NCBI GenBank assembly: GCA_040765985.1
Contig: JAXGRK010000004.1
Coordinates: forward strand, 5,773 to 69,772
Length of the DNA: 64,000 bases
Direction: 5' to 3'
Source: Candidatus Dojkabacteria bacterium
Lineage (GTDB): Bacteria; Patescibacteriota; Dojkabacteria; SC72
Shown: in pieces, positions 10,796 to 22,630 of the stretch
Position numbering within the stretch: the first letter of the stretch is position 1
Layout of the letters: each line of letters begins with the position of its first letter
Notes under the pieces: model-generated
What the model was told of the DNA's origin: nothing
Databases searched by the model: none
The model's input: only the letters and a program-made list of their open reading frames with translations
Position numbers and translations under genes: made by a program

Positions 10796-11287
10796 CTAGT
10801 CTACTAATTTATCAATAAATAAAACACCTTTAGTATGATCATACTCGTGTTGTACTTCTCGTGCTTCTTGATTAGAGAAAATTTCTCTTCTTGTTTTTCC
10901 ATTTCTATCTAAATATTTAACTTTTATCTTCTTATCTCTTGCTACTTTACCTTCGAAATTAGGAATACTTAAACACGCTTCTAATCCGATAATTTTTTCA
11001 TTTTTTAACACCTTAATACTTGGGTTTATCATTACCTCAAAGCTATGCGAATCTTCTCTAAGAATACAGAAGACATTTTTATGTATTCCAATTTGAACTG
11101 CGGCTAATCCTGCTGCAGAGTACCCTTCTTGAGTAAGTACGTTGCTTGCTGTATATATTAAATCATCAATAAAAGATTGGAATTCCTTTGTTGTGATCTC
11201 TTCAAGTGATACATCTTTAGAAGTTTCTCTAAGGAATTTCTTCTCTTTTTCGTTTTCTATTGTATATATTTTCAGACATTTATTCAT
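10796..11287 (-). CDS. def: Peptide deformylase
   Basis: Intact 163 aa with the three PDF motifs: GLAAVQIG, EACLSIP, HEYDHTKG. Confidence 0.9.
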   Translation of the reverse strand: MNKCLKIYTIENEKEKKFLRETSKDVSLEEITTKEFQSFIDDLIYTASNVLTQEGYSAAGLAAVQIGIHKNVFCILREDSHSFEVMINPSIKVLKNEKIIGLEACLSIPNFEGKVARDKKIKVKYLDRNGKTRREIFSNQEAREVQHEYDHTKGVLFIDKLVD

Positions 11288-11335
11288 ACCCGAATTATAC
11301 CATATGATTTAATTCAGGTTCTCACTTTAATATCT

Positions 11336-13111
11336 CTATCTCGAATTAAACAGCCAATCAAAGATAGATGTAGATATCCCAAGTACAGATTTCTGTTTTA
11401 AAGTATTTGTCTTCTCAAGAGTTCTTAAATATGTCATATCTAATATTATTTGAGCCGAACTTTCTTTATTATCACTAAAGCTTGCAACAACTTTTACCCA
11501 ATGTTGTGAGTGATTAAGTAAATCTTGAGAGATTGTAAACGTTGCACTTTGTTGTGTAGAAGATTCAAGTTCTTTATTATCAAGATATATTACTACTTTT
11601 TCTAGTAAGCTATTCTCAGAGATTGGGTTTAGGGTGTATTTAATGTCTATATCTTGAACACTTTCTGGTATATATTTTTTACCTTTAGTAATCACTGGTT
11701 CAACAATACTAATGACTTGTGAAGAAGTCACTTTATTTTTAGTTGGGGTATTCGTAGGAGTATTTGTTGGCGTAGGATCTGGAGTTTCTGTAGGTGTTTC
11801 ATCCGGTATTATCTCTGGGGTTTCCTCTACAATTGGAGTTTGTAACTTAAGTACGGCGGAGGTTAAATCTACTAATCCGTAACCAAAGAGAATATCTTGC
11901 CCTACCTCACCCAAATCTACAGCAGTTTCTCTCAATACAGTTCTAATCTCTGAAGCACTACATGTGGGACATACAGAGAAAAGAAGAGCAGCTGCACCAG
12001 CTACATGTGGGGTTGCCATACTTGTACCACTTAAATATTTGTATGTACTCCCTATATATGTTGAGTAATTGTATACTCCTGGGGCTGCTAATTCTCCTCC
12101 AATATTACTAAAACTTGCAAGTAGATTCTTACTATCTGTAGCTACTACGCAGATAGCATTGCTGTAGGCGGCTGGGTATGAACATGGTGCACCACCATCG
12201 TTACCAGCAGCAGCAACAACAACAACCCCTTTACTAGAAGCGTAGTTAACGGCATCTTTTAACACGAGAGAATCAGTAGTAGATCCCAAGCTTAAATTAA
12301 TTACTCTTGCACCATTGTCTGTTGCGTAATATACTCCTTTGGCTACATCAGAAAGATACCCATATCCTTGTGAATTTAAAACTTTAACAGGTATTAGTTT
12401 CGAAGTATGACTTACTCCTACTACTCCTGCTTGATTGAATGATGCGCTTGTAATTCCAGCTACATGAGTACCATGCCCATTATCATCGTTAGCATCAGAA
12501 TCATTATTTACAAAATCATATCCCTGTACGATATTATTTACTAAATCAGGGTGATTGATTTGTATTCCAGTATCTACAATAGCGACCTTAACACCCACTC
12601 CATTACCGATATCCCATACCTTGTCTGCTCCTATTCTAGCAATACCCCAATCAATATTATCTGCAAACATTTTTACGGGTATATCTGTTTCTATTTGTGC
12701 ATTTAGTTCTTGTTGTAAAGAATCAATATTACTATCCTCTGATATATTAACAACATATATTCCATTACTATTTTGATCTTCTGTAAATTCGATAGAATAT
12801 TTTTCTTCTAGTAGAGTTTTCTCTTCCTCGGACAGATTTTCATCAACCTTGATTACCTTCCTTGTTTCTTCAACCTCCAATATTCCTTGTTTATCTTGAA
12901 TAACACTCTCCGTTTCTTCATTTAACTGTGTATCAACTTCTAGAACAGGTGCAGTTGTTGTAATATATCTTGAAGTAAAATACTCTTCATCGTAATTGAT
13001 TGAACTTTTTTCTGTATATTGAAAAATTGCACTAATAACGAGAATAAGGAGAATAAATCCTAACAGTAAAGTGCTAATTCCAAGTACAACGAGCAGTTTT
13101 CGATTTTTCAT
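11336..13111 (-). CDS. Membrane-anchored subtilisin-like serine protease (peptidase S8) with Pro/Thr linker and C-terminal beta domain
   Basis: Intact 591 aa. N-terminal TM; catalytic-triad contexts VAIVDTGI (Asp), HGTHVAGI (His), GTSMATPHVAGAAALL (Ser); linker PDETPTETPDPTPTNTPTNTPT. Confidence 0.9.
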   Translation of the reverse strand: MKNRKLLVVLGISTLLLGFILLILVISAIFQYTEKSSINYDEEYFTSRYITTTAPVLEVDTQLNEETESVIQDKQGILEVEETRKVIKVDENLSEEEKTLLEEKYSIEFTEDQNSNGIYVVNISEDSNIDSLQQELNAQIETDIPVKMFADNIDWGIARIGADKVWDIGNGVGVKVAIVDTGIQINHPDLVNNIVQGYDFVNNDSDANDDNGHGTHVAGITSASFNQAGVVGVSHTSKLIPVKVLNSQGYGYLSDVAKGVYYATDNGARVINLSLGSTTDSLVLKDAVNYASSKGVVVVAAAGNDGGAPCSYPAAYSNAICVVATDSKNLLASFSNIGGELAAPGVYNYSTYIGSTYKYLSGTSMATPHVAGAAALLFSVCPTCSASEIRTVLRETAVDLGEVGQDILFGYGLVDLTSAVLKLQTPIVEETPEIIPDETPTETPDPTPTNTPTNTPTKNKVTSSQVISIVEPVITKGKKYIPESVQDIDIKYTLNPISENSLLEKVVIYLDNKELESSTQQSATFTISQDLLNHSQHWVKVVASFSDNKESSAQIILDMTYLRTLEKTNTLKQKSVLGISTSIFDWLFNSR

Positions 13112-13136
13112 TTAGTAGAATAATCTTTTAATTTAT

Positions 13137-13748
13137 TTACTCTTCTTCTATTTCTACCTCATCGTCTTGGTTACTGTTATTTCCCCCCTTGTTATTACTT
13201 TTAATCTTAGAATCCTTTTCAACATATTTTTCTTCTGTTTTAGTAATAACCTTTTGAATACTCTCTTGTGCTTGTCCTTCAGGTGCTTTGTCTAAAACAG
13301 TATTTAATACAGCTAAATGTCTGTCTCTAATCTCTTGGGTTGTTTGAGCATTTTCTTCTTCAGTATACTGTTCCTTCTCCATAGCTTTTTCTGCTTTACC
13401 TAGGAGTTTTTCAAATCGATACTCTAGTTTCTCCATTACCTTTGTTCCCTGTTCTTCATTTAAAGTTTCCATGGCTCTTAACTTTCTCTCAGCGAATTCC
13501 AGTGTTTTCTCTATTTTCTCTTGTTCATCAAAAGTGAGAAGTAATTGAACATCTTCAAAAAGAGTTGTTAAGAAGTAAAAAGGACTCTCTGGAGATATGC
13601 CCTCAGTATCCTCTGTTTCAGATGTAATTTCAATTTGAACACTCTCATCGGGTGCTGAGATTACCATTGGATCTTCTTCTTGAGCAAATACGGATACTGG
13701 TATTACCAGAACCCCTATTGCAAAAAGGGTATATAAAAGTCTTTTCAT
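13137..13748 (-). CDS. Secreted coiled-coil protein (DUF5667-like)
   Basis: Intact 203 aa. Signal peptide MKRLLYTLFAIGVLVIPVSVFAQ, then SPESPFYFLTTLFEDVQLLLTFDEQEKIE, then a Glu/Lys-rich helical remainder. Confidence 0.55.
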   Translation of the reverse strand: MKRLLYTLFAIGVLVIPVSVFAQEEDPMVISAPDESVQIEITSETEDTEGISPESPFYFLTTLFEDVQLLLTFDEQEKIEKTLEFAERKLRAMETLNEEQGTKVMEKLEYRFEKLLGKAEKAMEKEQYTEEENAQTTQEIRDRHLAVLNTVLDKAPEGQAQESIQKVITKTEEKYVEKDSKIKSNNKGGNNSNQDDEVEIEEE

Positions 13749-13830
13749 CTTAAAAAGATGTAAAAAGTTATTAATATATTTAACAACGTATAAGCAAGAA
13801 ATGCAATATTAAATGATATAATCGGTAACT

Positions 13831-15304
13831 ATGTTAAGTATTAACTCAATATCCATCTCTAAAGGTGGAAATGAAATATTAAAAGATATTACTCTGTTTA
13901 TGGGCCCTAATGAAAAGATAGGGCTTGTTGGTGTTAATGGTGCAGGTAAATCTGCACTGCTTAAGATTATTGCTGGGAAAGAAGAGCCAGATTTAGGAGG
14001 TATATATTTTAATGGAAAGATGTCATATCTCTCTCAAGAGATACATAAAGAGATAATTAGTGAGATGCCAGACAAAGAGGATATTACAATAGGGGAGTAT
14101 CTCATTATTCAAAGGGATTAGATATACAGGAGTGGGAGATAAACAAATTTCTTAACAATATGAATATGAGAGGTAAAACCTCAGATTCAATTGTAGGAGA
14201 ACTCTCTGGTGGTCAAAAGATTAAAGTCGAACTTATCAGAATCCTTTTTGAAAAATCCAACCTACTGATCTTAGATGAGCCAACTAACTTTTTAGATATC
14301 CCCTCTACACAGTGGTTAATGGGATATTTAGTTAATTACCCCTACTCTGTATTAGTTGTATCCCACGATTTAAGACTTATGAATAAAGGGATAGGTAAGA
14401 TATGGTATTTAAATGATATTAAACATAGTGTAGAGGTATATAAAGGTAACTATGATAACTTTCTTAAACAGATAGCTTTAAAGATGAATTACTTCTAAAG
14501 CGTCTCAAAGCACAGGAGAAAAAGGCAAAGAGGGTATTTGAGAATGCAATGACTCTTTCGAAAAGAGGTAGTTCAAAAGAAAAAATGAAAGCTGCTAGAA
14601 AGTTAGAACAGGCCAAAAAAGAAAAAGAAATTGTAAAACAGATATCTCTTGAACTAGTAAAAAGTAAAGAAGATGAAAATACAGATACCTACTCCCATTA
14701 ATTGTGGAAGAAATGTTTTACATGTTGAGCATATATCAAAAGAGTATAAACAGGGAGTCAAAGTTTTAAATGATGTGAGTTTTGAAATGAGAGGAGGTGA
14801 GAAAGTTGCAGTAATTGGTCAGAATGGTGCAGGTAAAACAACGCTTTTAAAAATTCTTGTTGGCAAATTAAAGTAAAGCAAAGGCAAATATACTTGGGGC
14901 AAGGAAATTGGATGTTGGATATTACTCACAGGAATGAGGGATTAGATTACAATCAAACAGTACTAGAGAATATTCATGGATTAAATTGGGGAGATATTGA
15001 TAGAAGGGCTTTTCTAGGAAGGTTTTTAATTACTGGGGAGATGGTTAATCAAAAGATTAAAAACATTATCAGGTGGTGAGAAAACTAGTTAGCATTGGCT
15101 AAACTTTTTGCAAATAGGCACAATGTATTGGTATTAGATGAACCAACAACATATTTAGATTTTGATTCACAGAATATGTTGCTTTCAGCTTTAAAGGAGT
15201 ACAAAGGTACTATACTAATAGTCAGCCATGAGCCACAGTTTGTTAAGCTACTAGATATAGATAAGAAATTACTTCTAATGCCGGAAGAAATTCGGATACT
15301 TTAA
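13831..15304 (+). pseudogene. ABC-F family ATPase (two ABC domains), at least 6 frame disruptions plus an apparent in-frame TAA
   Basis: Fragments 13831.., 14160.., 14673.., 14894.., 15095.. carry GVNGAGKSALLK, LSGGQKIKVEL..LILDEPTNFLD, GQNGAGKTTLLK, VLVLDEPTTYLD and a Lys/Glu-rich inter-domain linker. Confidence 0.85.
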
Positions 15305-15410
15305 AGAGGAGTATATAGAAAGGGTTGGGATTACTTAAAATCAATGCAAATATCTTGAATATATATATAATTTCTACTATAGTCTATTTGTTAATGTATT
15401 AAATATTTCT

Positions 15411-16740
15411 ATGAAGAGATATGATTATCTAATTGTTGGTGCTGGTCCTGCTGGTCTTTTTGCATGTTATGAATTTTTGAAAAAAGGAAAGAAAAATATC
15501 CTTCTAATTGACCTAGGTAAAAGAATTGAGGATAGGAAAGCAAAAGATGTAATGGTAGGTATCGGTGGGGCTGGTACATACTCAGATGGGAAATTAACTC
15601 TTACAGCTAATCTCTCATGAGAAGGCATTCCATTTGATTTCTAAATTTCAATATAAAAAATTTTAGACTATGTAGATAGTATATTTAATAAATTTGAAGT
15701 TGATTCGGAGTACTGCGAAAGAAACGGATGAATTAAAAGAACTAATTAAAGAGGCAGAAACTAATGATATTGAATTGGTATTAAGAAAGGCAAGACATGT
15801 AGGTACAGATAAATTAAAAACTTTTGTTGAAAAATTCCAATCTTATGTCTTTATCTAATGATGTAGAGATTAAGGATAGTACAGAGGTTGAAGATATAAT
15901 AGTGAAAGACAATGTTATTAAGGGAGTAATTACCAAGGATAAAGAGAATACTATCTGAAAAGGTATTACTAGCTCCTGGAAGAGTTAATGCTAGATGGTT
16001 GCAAAGGTTAGCTGATAGGTACAAGATAAAGTATATTTATGACAAAGTTGAGGTTGGTGTAAGAGTAGAATTCCCATCCTCTATTATGCAAAGACAGGCA
16101 GAAACACTTTATGAGACTGTATATAAAAGTTAGAACTAAAACATACCAAAGATATAGTTAGAACATTCTGTAGCTGTCCTAATGGCTTAGTAGCAATAGA
16201 GGAGTATGATAGCTATGTATGTGTTAATGGTCATTCTAATTTCAGATCATGGAAGTAAGAACTCAAATTTCGCATTTCTTTGTGAGGTAAATCTTAAGGA
16301 ACCATTGGAGAACTCTATTGCCTATGCTAAATCAGTTGCAAGAACTTGCCTCTTTATTAGGTGGTGGGAAACCTCTTTTACAATCGCTTTATGATTTGAG
16401 AGATGGTAGAAGAAGTACATGGTCTAGATTAGAAAAATCTTTTGTAGAGCCAACTCTTTTAAATGTAGTTCCTGGGGATATATCTATGGGATTACCACAT
16501 AGAATAGTAAACATTATTGAAGGTTTAGAAATTTTAGATAAAGTAATGCCAGGAATTAACTCTGGGTCAACCCTACTCTATGCACCTGAAGTAAAGTTCA
16601 GGTCATCTAAAATTCAAACAGATAAAGCACTTCAGACTTGTGTTAATGGATTGTATGTTGCAGGAGATGCCTCCGGTCTCTCTGGCTCTATTACTGGAGC
16701 GGCAGTTACTGGAATTATGGCTGCCAGAGGAATGAAATAG
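15411..16740 (+). pseudogene. FAD-dependent oxidoreductase (COG2509-like), multiple frameshifts
   Basis: N-terminus YDYLIVGAGPAGLFACYE...GGAGTYSDGKLTL. C-terminus (ORF 16318..16740) LYAPEVKFRSS...GLYVAGDASGLSGSITGAAVTGIMAA. The middle is scattered over three frames. Confidence 0.7.
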
Positions 16741-16743
16741 CGA

Positions 16744-17446
16744 CTAATCGAATATTGTTCCTACATTTTCCGTAATATATACCTTTGCCTTTCTCTCGAT
16801 TTTTGGAATCGGGCTTGAATGTACAAGATAGATTAAACATCTGTATCCTGCATCTATCGCGGGGTAGATATCAGATGTTAAGCTATCACCTACAACCAAT
16901 GTTTTATTTATATCGAATTTATGATATATTCCAGCTTTTTTCAACCAATCGAATCTTTTAAATCATTGATATCAGTTGTATAGAAAGGTAAATCTAAATC
17001 CTGTTTATATTTATTTTTAAAAGCTTTCTGAATCTTCTCAATCTTCTTTTTTGTCCAAGATTCTTGTGCATGAGAGTAAACACCCATTTTAACTCCAATG
17101 TCATTTATTTGTTTAAGAGTTTTTACTGTATATGGAAATATCAAAGGAGAAAGATTATAAAATTTTTTATAGAAATCTTTTTTTAGAGATTTATAAATTT
17201 CTTTTTTATTGTACTTAATATTATTATTTGAAAAATATTTTCAATTGCCTGAAGTGTTGATTCGTCAACAAGCATAGGTGCTAAATTTTTAAAATAAAGA
17301 TCGGTTGAAATTTTTTGAATTTCTATTGTAATTTCTGTTTGTTTATTTAGATTTTCTTTTTTATATATCTGTTTAACAATCTTTAGAATCGCTTTATACA
17401 TCTTTTTTCTAAAGTAAGAGCCAGTATCTACTAATGTTCTATCCAT
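16744..17446 (-). pseudogene. HAD-superfamily hydrolase, frameshifted
   Basis: FDMDRTLVDTG (motif I) in ORF 17183..17446. SH-type motif II region in 16941..17144. VVGDSLTSDIYPAIDAG (motif IV) in 16744..16944. Confidence 0.7.
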
Positions 17447-17594
17447 ATCAAAAAGGACGGATTATATATTATTTTGTGAAAAAAAATTCTTTATTTCTTT
17501 TCGTCTTCATAATCTAGTAATTGTATACGAAATCTATTGTGATTTCAAAGTAAATATAATATATTTAACCATATTAATTATTAAATATATCAAT

Positions 17595-18350
17595 ATGGAA
17601 ATAATAATAGTACTTTTCATAATTTTTGTAATCACAGTATTTGCTGGATTCAGAATAATACCTGAAGGATTTCAAGGATTAGTTCTTACACTTGGTAAAT
17701 ACTCTAGAGAGCTTAAGCCAGGTTTAAATCTTGTTATTCCATATTTTGAAACAGTCCAAAGAGTTGATATTAGAGAACAGGTTATGGATATTCCAAATCA
17801 GGAAACAATTACATTAGATAATGTATCTTGCGTTATAGATGGTATTGTTAGGTTTAAAGTTGTGAATTCTTCAGTTGCAATTTTAAAGTTCAAAACTTTA
17901 GGAATCAGATATCTGCTAAATCACAAACAGCTCTAAGAGATGTTGTAGGAAGTGTTTCTTTAGATGATTTGCTTTCAAAAGAAAAAACAGTTGCAGAAGA
18001 GATTAAAGGAATTGTTGATATAGCTGCAGAGAATTGGGGTGTAGATATATCTGCTGTTGAGGTACAAAATATTGAGATACCTGCAGATATGAAAAGAGCT
18101 ATGGCACAACAAGCAGAGGCAGAAAAGAGATAAGAAGGCAAGAATAATTAAAGCGGAGGGAGAGAAAGAGGCATCGGTTAAGTTATCTGAGGCAGCTCAA
18201 ATACTTTCTAGTTCAAAAGGAGCTCTTTCTTTAAGAACTTTACAAACATTAAAAGAAATATCTGCAGATCCAGCTCAGAAAATCATTATGACTATACCTA
18301 ATGATTTTTTTGATTTAGGGAATACAATTAGAAATAGTATTAAGGAGTAA
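17595..18350 (+). pseudogene. SPFH/band-7 (stomatin/prohibitin-like) membrane protein, frameshifted
   Basis: N-terminal TM followed by FRIIPEGFQGLVLTLGKYSRELKPGLNLVIPYFETVQRVDIREQ. Later segments (VEVQNIEIPADMKRAMAQQAEAEKR...) lie in another frame. Confidence 0.75.
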
Positions 18351-18352
18351 CT

Positions 18353-18832
18353 CTATCTAATTATTTCTAAGGTTATAGATGCATCCTCACTTGCATTAAA
18401 TGACCCTGTATATTCAAAGTCTTGCATTACTTGTGCACACATTAAATCAGGATTAGGTTCTAATATATTTACATAGATTGTTACCTGCTCAGGATAGCTT
18501 TCTGCAACAGTTGCATCAACGGTAGCACTATAGCAGGGGTTTGGTAACTGTCCTACTACTGTATACTCTAATTGTTTTCTCCTAGATAAATTTTCAGTAA
18601 TGAGAAGCCATCTTCATTGATAACAGGTTGATTATCCATATTATCATTATTAATTATTTTACTATTGTTATCCTCTTTTTCCAAAATCTAGAGAATCGCT
18701 CAAAACACCACTGGCATAAACTAGTAGAAAAGAGTATTAAATCTATTACAACAATTATTACTGCTATAGATATACTTATTATTAAAAAGAGTTTTTGTTT
18801 TTAATAGGACAACTTTTAGATGTATTTTTCAT
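18353..18832 (-). pseudogene. Small membrane-anchored/secreted protein, unknown function, frameshifted
   Basis: ATG at 18832 and TM LFLIISISIAVIIVVIDLILF. The C-terminal segment EYTVVGQLPNPCYSATVDATVAESYPEQVTIYVNILEPNPDLMCAQVMQDFEYTGSF is in a different frame. Confidence 0.4.
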
Positions 18833-18851
18833 ATATTAATATTAAAAAAAA

Positions 18852-19471
18852 TTACTTCTTTCTACTCTTTCTTTCTTCGTATTTGTATATCAATATTATC
18901 CATATACTTCCTAACATAATCATTATACCTGCAAAAGACATCACCATATCAAAATACTGTATTCCCATATTAGCAAGTTACTCCCCCTACTACACTAAAT
19001 ACAGCAGTAAATGCACTTATTATCGTCTCATACATAGCGTACTGTCTACCTTCTCTACCACCATCTACGTTTAGAGCAAAGAGTTTTCTCCAGTTTGTTA
19101 CATTTAATGCAACACCTAGACCGAATATAAATTGGAGAAGAAGTAGTGATATTGTGAAGATATATATGGATAGAATACAAAAGGTATTCCCATTAGTATT
19201 ATACCCACAAAATTATTAGTATTTCATCCTTATCATTTTGTACTTATCAGTTAATTGCCCTAAGGGAATTTGGGCAGATGCACGTGTAAGGAAATATATT
19301 GCAGTACCAATACCAACAAACTCTATTGTATTTTGACCTAACTTGTTTGCAAGATATAGGCCTGTTAGGGCAGATAATATTATGAACCCCATGCAAATAC
19401 ATCAGAGAAGGTAAGAAATATTACTACCTTATTAATATTTCTGATACTTATTTCTTAATATTTTTTAACAT
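18852..19471 (-). pseudogene. Polytopic membrane protein, MFS-transporter-like half (about 6 TM), frameshifted
   Basis: Reconstructed VVIFLTFSDVFAWGFIILSALTGLYLANKLGQNTIEFVGIGTAIYFLTRASAQIPLGQLTDKY... plus C-terminal TMs. Family assignment is weak. Confidence 0.35.
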
Positions 19472-19482
19472 AGGTTGTGTTA

Positions 19483-20542
19483 TTAATTGATTACTCCTCC
19501 ACCTAAAACATACTCTTCTTTATAGAATACCACAGATTGACCTTTGGTAACTGCTCTCTGTTCGGAATCAAATTCTACTCTTACTTTACCATCCTCCAGT
19601 GGAATTAAATTGGCACTTACCTCTTTTGCTCTATACACTGCTTATCTTTGTGTAGTTTTAATATCGGATTCTAACTTGTCAAAATATATCCAGTTTAAAT
19701 CAGTTGCAATTAACTCTTTAGACTGTAAATTTTCATTTGAACCAAGTATTACCCTATTACTTTCTTTCTCAATATCTACGACAAACATCGGTTCTCCAAT
19801 ATGAATTCCCAAGCCCCTTCTTTGGCCAATCGTAAATCTTGATATTCCCTCATGATATCCCAATATATTTCCCTGCGTATCTACTAGCATCTCACCTTTA
19901 GGTAGTGTTTTAGAACCGTGTTTTTTAAAGAAAATCTCTATAGTCATTATCTTTGCTTAAAACAAATTTCTTGACTATCAGGTTCTGACGCACTTAAAAG
20001 ATTTATATTTTTAGCAATCTCTCTTACTTCGAGTTTAGTATATTGTCCTAATGGAAATACTGTTTTAGATAGCTGGTTTGAGATAGATTGTAAAGAAAAT
20101 AGCTTTGGTCTTTATTAGTATCTTTACCTTTTTTTAATAGATATCTGTTACCACTTTTCTCAACATTCGCATAGTGACCTGTTGCAATATATTCAATACC
20201 TAACTCTTTAGCTTTCGAAACTAGACCTTCAAACTTAACATACCTATTACAGATTACACAGGGATTAGGAATCCCGTCCACTTTCATACTCTGAAATGAA
20301 GTAATTTAAAACATATTTCTTAAAATCATTTTCAACATTAAAAACATAATGGGGGATATCTAATTGCTCACAGATATTTTAGCATTTTGAGAATTTTCGC
20401 AAACTGTATCAGTATTCTGTTCACTCCACATCTTAAGTGTAACTCTACAACATCGTATCCATTTTTTTTAAGTAAATATGCTGCTACTGAGCTATCTACT
20501 CCACCACTCATTCCAAGTAGTACTTTTCTTACTTTTCTTCAT
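19483..20542 (-). pseudogene. mnmA: tRNA 2-thiouridine(34) synthase MnmA, several frameshifts
   Basis: [31 protein letters not shown] (PP-loop). ORF 20048..20287 has NPCVICNRYVKFEGL...IATGHYA. ORF 19642..19947 has TIGQRRGLGI. Located next to iscS-iscU. Confidence 0.85.
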
Positions 20543-20912
20543 GTTTTTTTCTGTAATCATCTATAGCTGCTTTAACTTTTATGCCTCTGCTAAATTAGAG
20601 CAGTGCATTTTTAATGGTGGTAATCCATCTAGTGCTTCACCTTACCTCCTTGTTTGTAATCTTTAACGCCTCCTCTAATGTTTTTCCTTTTATCATTTCT
20701 GTTACCATACTACTTGTAGCAACAGCAGCACCACATCCAAATGTCAGAAACTTAATATCTGTAATTACATTATCTTTTACTTTAATATACATTTTCATAA
20801 TGTCTCCACATCTAGGGTTTCCTACCTCTCCAATACCATCTGCATCTTTAATCTCTCCTACATTTTTAGGGTTAAAGAAATGCTCCATTACTTTTTTACT
20901 GTACTGCTCCAT
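20529..20912 (-). pseudogene. iscU: Fe-S cluster scaffold protein (IscU/NifU-type), frameshifted near 3' end
   Basis: ORF 20637..20912 has GNPRCGDIMKMYIKV...FGCGAAVATSS. The C-terminal GEALDGLPPLKMHCSNLAEA / [13 protein letters not shown] is recovered in shifted frames. Confidence 0.85.
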
Positions 20913-20918
20913 ATATTT

Positions 20919-22083
20919 TTACTTTTTAATTAAAGGTGACATATCTCTTAACCTCTTAATGATACTTGGTAAATTACTTAATACAAAATCTATTTCTTCC
21001 TTAGTATTCTCTTTAGACAGAGTTAATCTTAGAGAACCGTGTGCTATCTCATGAGGTAGACCTAATGCAAGTAATACATGAGATGGATCAAGTGAGCCAG
21101 AGGTACATGCAGAGCCACTAGAGCCACATACACCCAACTGATCTAGTAAAAGGAGTATAGATTCCCCCTCTATATATTTTAAAGCATATATTTACATTTC
21201 CAGCCAATCTATTTTGTATATCTCCATTTACAATTGTATCAGGTATCTCTTTTAAAACACCTTGTATTAAAGAATCTCTTAATTGAGTCACATAGGTGTT
21301 TTTCTTTTCAATATCCTTCGTTGCTAATTTAATAGCGGTGCCCAATCCAACAATACTAGCCACATTTTCTGTTCCTGCCCTCATATTTCTCTCTTGTCCA
21401 CCCCCATGAATCATATTTGATATCTGAGTACCCTTTTTAATATACAAGACCCCTACTCCCTTTGGGCCATTAAATTTATGTGCAGAAAGAGATAGTAGAT
21501 CTATATTTAACTTCTTTACATCAATTGGAATATTTCCAATTGCCTGTACAGCGTCTGTATGAAAATATATACCTTTCTCTTTTGCTAAAGCCCCTATTTC
21601 TTTAATGGGTTGGATTGTACCAATCTCATTGTTAGCAAACATAACGGAGATTAGTATTGTGTCTTTTCTAATAGCTTTCTTTAAGTCTTTAATATCTAAT
21701 ATTCCGTTACTTTTAACAGGTAAGTAGGTTATCTCAAATCCATACTTTTCTAAATATTTACATGTATGAAGTACAGCGTGGTGTTCTATTGAGGTTGTAA
21801 TAATGTGTTTACCCTTATGTTCGTTTTTAAACGCAATTCCTTTTATACCCCAGTTATCTGATTCACTACCGCCACTTGTAAAAAATATTTCATTGGTATT
21901 TGCACCTAAAGCTTTTGCTACCTCTTTTCTTGATTTTTCTATTGCTTCTCTACTCTCATGTCCTAAAGAGTAAATACTAGATGGATTACCATATTTCTCT
22001 TTTAAGTAAGGTAGCATTGAATCTAAGACATCGGTATGTATTTTAGTAGTAGCAGCATTGTCCATATATATGAGTGTTTTCAT
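20919..22083 (-). pseudogene. iscS: Cysteine desulfurase (IscS/NifS-type), one frameshift in a homopolymer at ~21177-21180
   Basis: ORF 21118..22083 (FTSGGSESDN, SLSAHKFNGPKGVGVLY) and ORF 20919..21137 (GSSGSACTSGSLDPSHVLLALG). Removing one base of the run restores FKYIEGESILLLLDQLGVCGSSGSAC. Confidence 0.9.
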
Positions 22084-22116
22084 ATATGGAATTTTATCAC
22101 TAATATTGATATTTAC

Positions 22117-22623
22117 CTATATCTTTCTACTATTATACGCCCAATGAAGTACTGCTTGTCTCTGTCTTTTTCTACATTCTAAATCTAGATGTTTACAGTT
22201 TTTTTCAATAGCGGATATATGTCTTTGAATAGCTTTCCATCTTTTAATCTGTCTTTCATCCTCTGGAGGTATTCTTCTTCCCATGTAGTATCTAGCGTAC
22301 CATTGAAACCATCCTCTAGGGTCTTCATGATATATCCAGCCCTTTTTCTTCCAATACGAGAGTGGCATACTTGCATCTACTTTAAAGTAGTTAAGGGATA
22401 TATCTTTTCTTAATGGGGAGAGCTTAGCATTCTTAAACCAATCTTTAGGAAATTCATTCTTACAATCTGTCATATATTTACCACCAAATACACCAAGTTC
22501 TAACATCTCCTTTGGTGTTAATTCTGGTTTAAAGTCTGGATCAAAGTTTTTACCAATAGGTTCAACAAGAAAATATACATAGTCTTGTTGCATTAAATCG
22601 TTTACAATTACCTTTTTTCTCAT
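22117..22623 (-). CDS. Conserved uncharacterised cytoplasmic protein (168 aa)
   Basis: Intact ORF with no TM or signal peptide. Distinctive motifs DPRGWFQWYARYYMGRRIPPEDERQIKRWKA and AVLHWAY, which I recall from a widespread uncharacterised family but cannot name reliably. Starts 7 nt after the heliorhodopsin stop. Confidence 0.6.
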   Translation of the reverse strand: MRKKVIVNDLMQQDYVYFLVEPIGKNFDPDFKPELTPKEMLELGVFGGKYMTDCKNEFPKDWFKNAKLSPLRKDISLNYFKVDASMPLSYWKKKGWIYHEDPRGWFQWYARYYMGRRIPPEDERQIKRWKAIQRHISAIEKNCKHLDLECRKRQRQAVLHWAYNSRKI

Positions 22624-22630
22624 CTGTACT

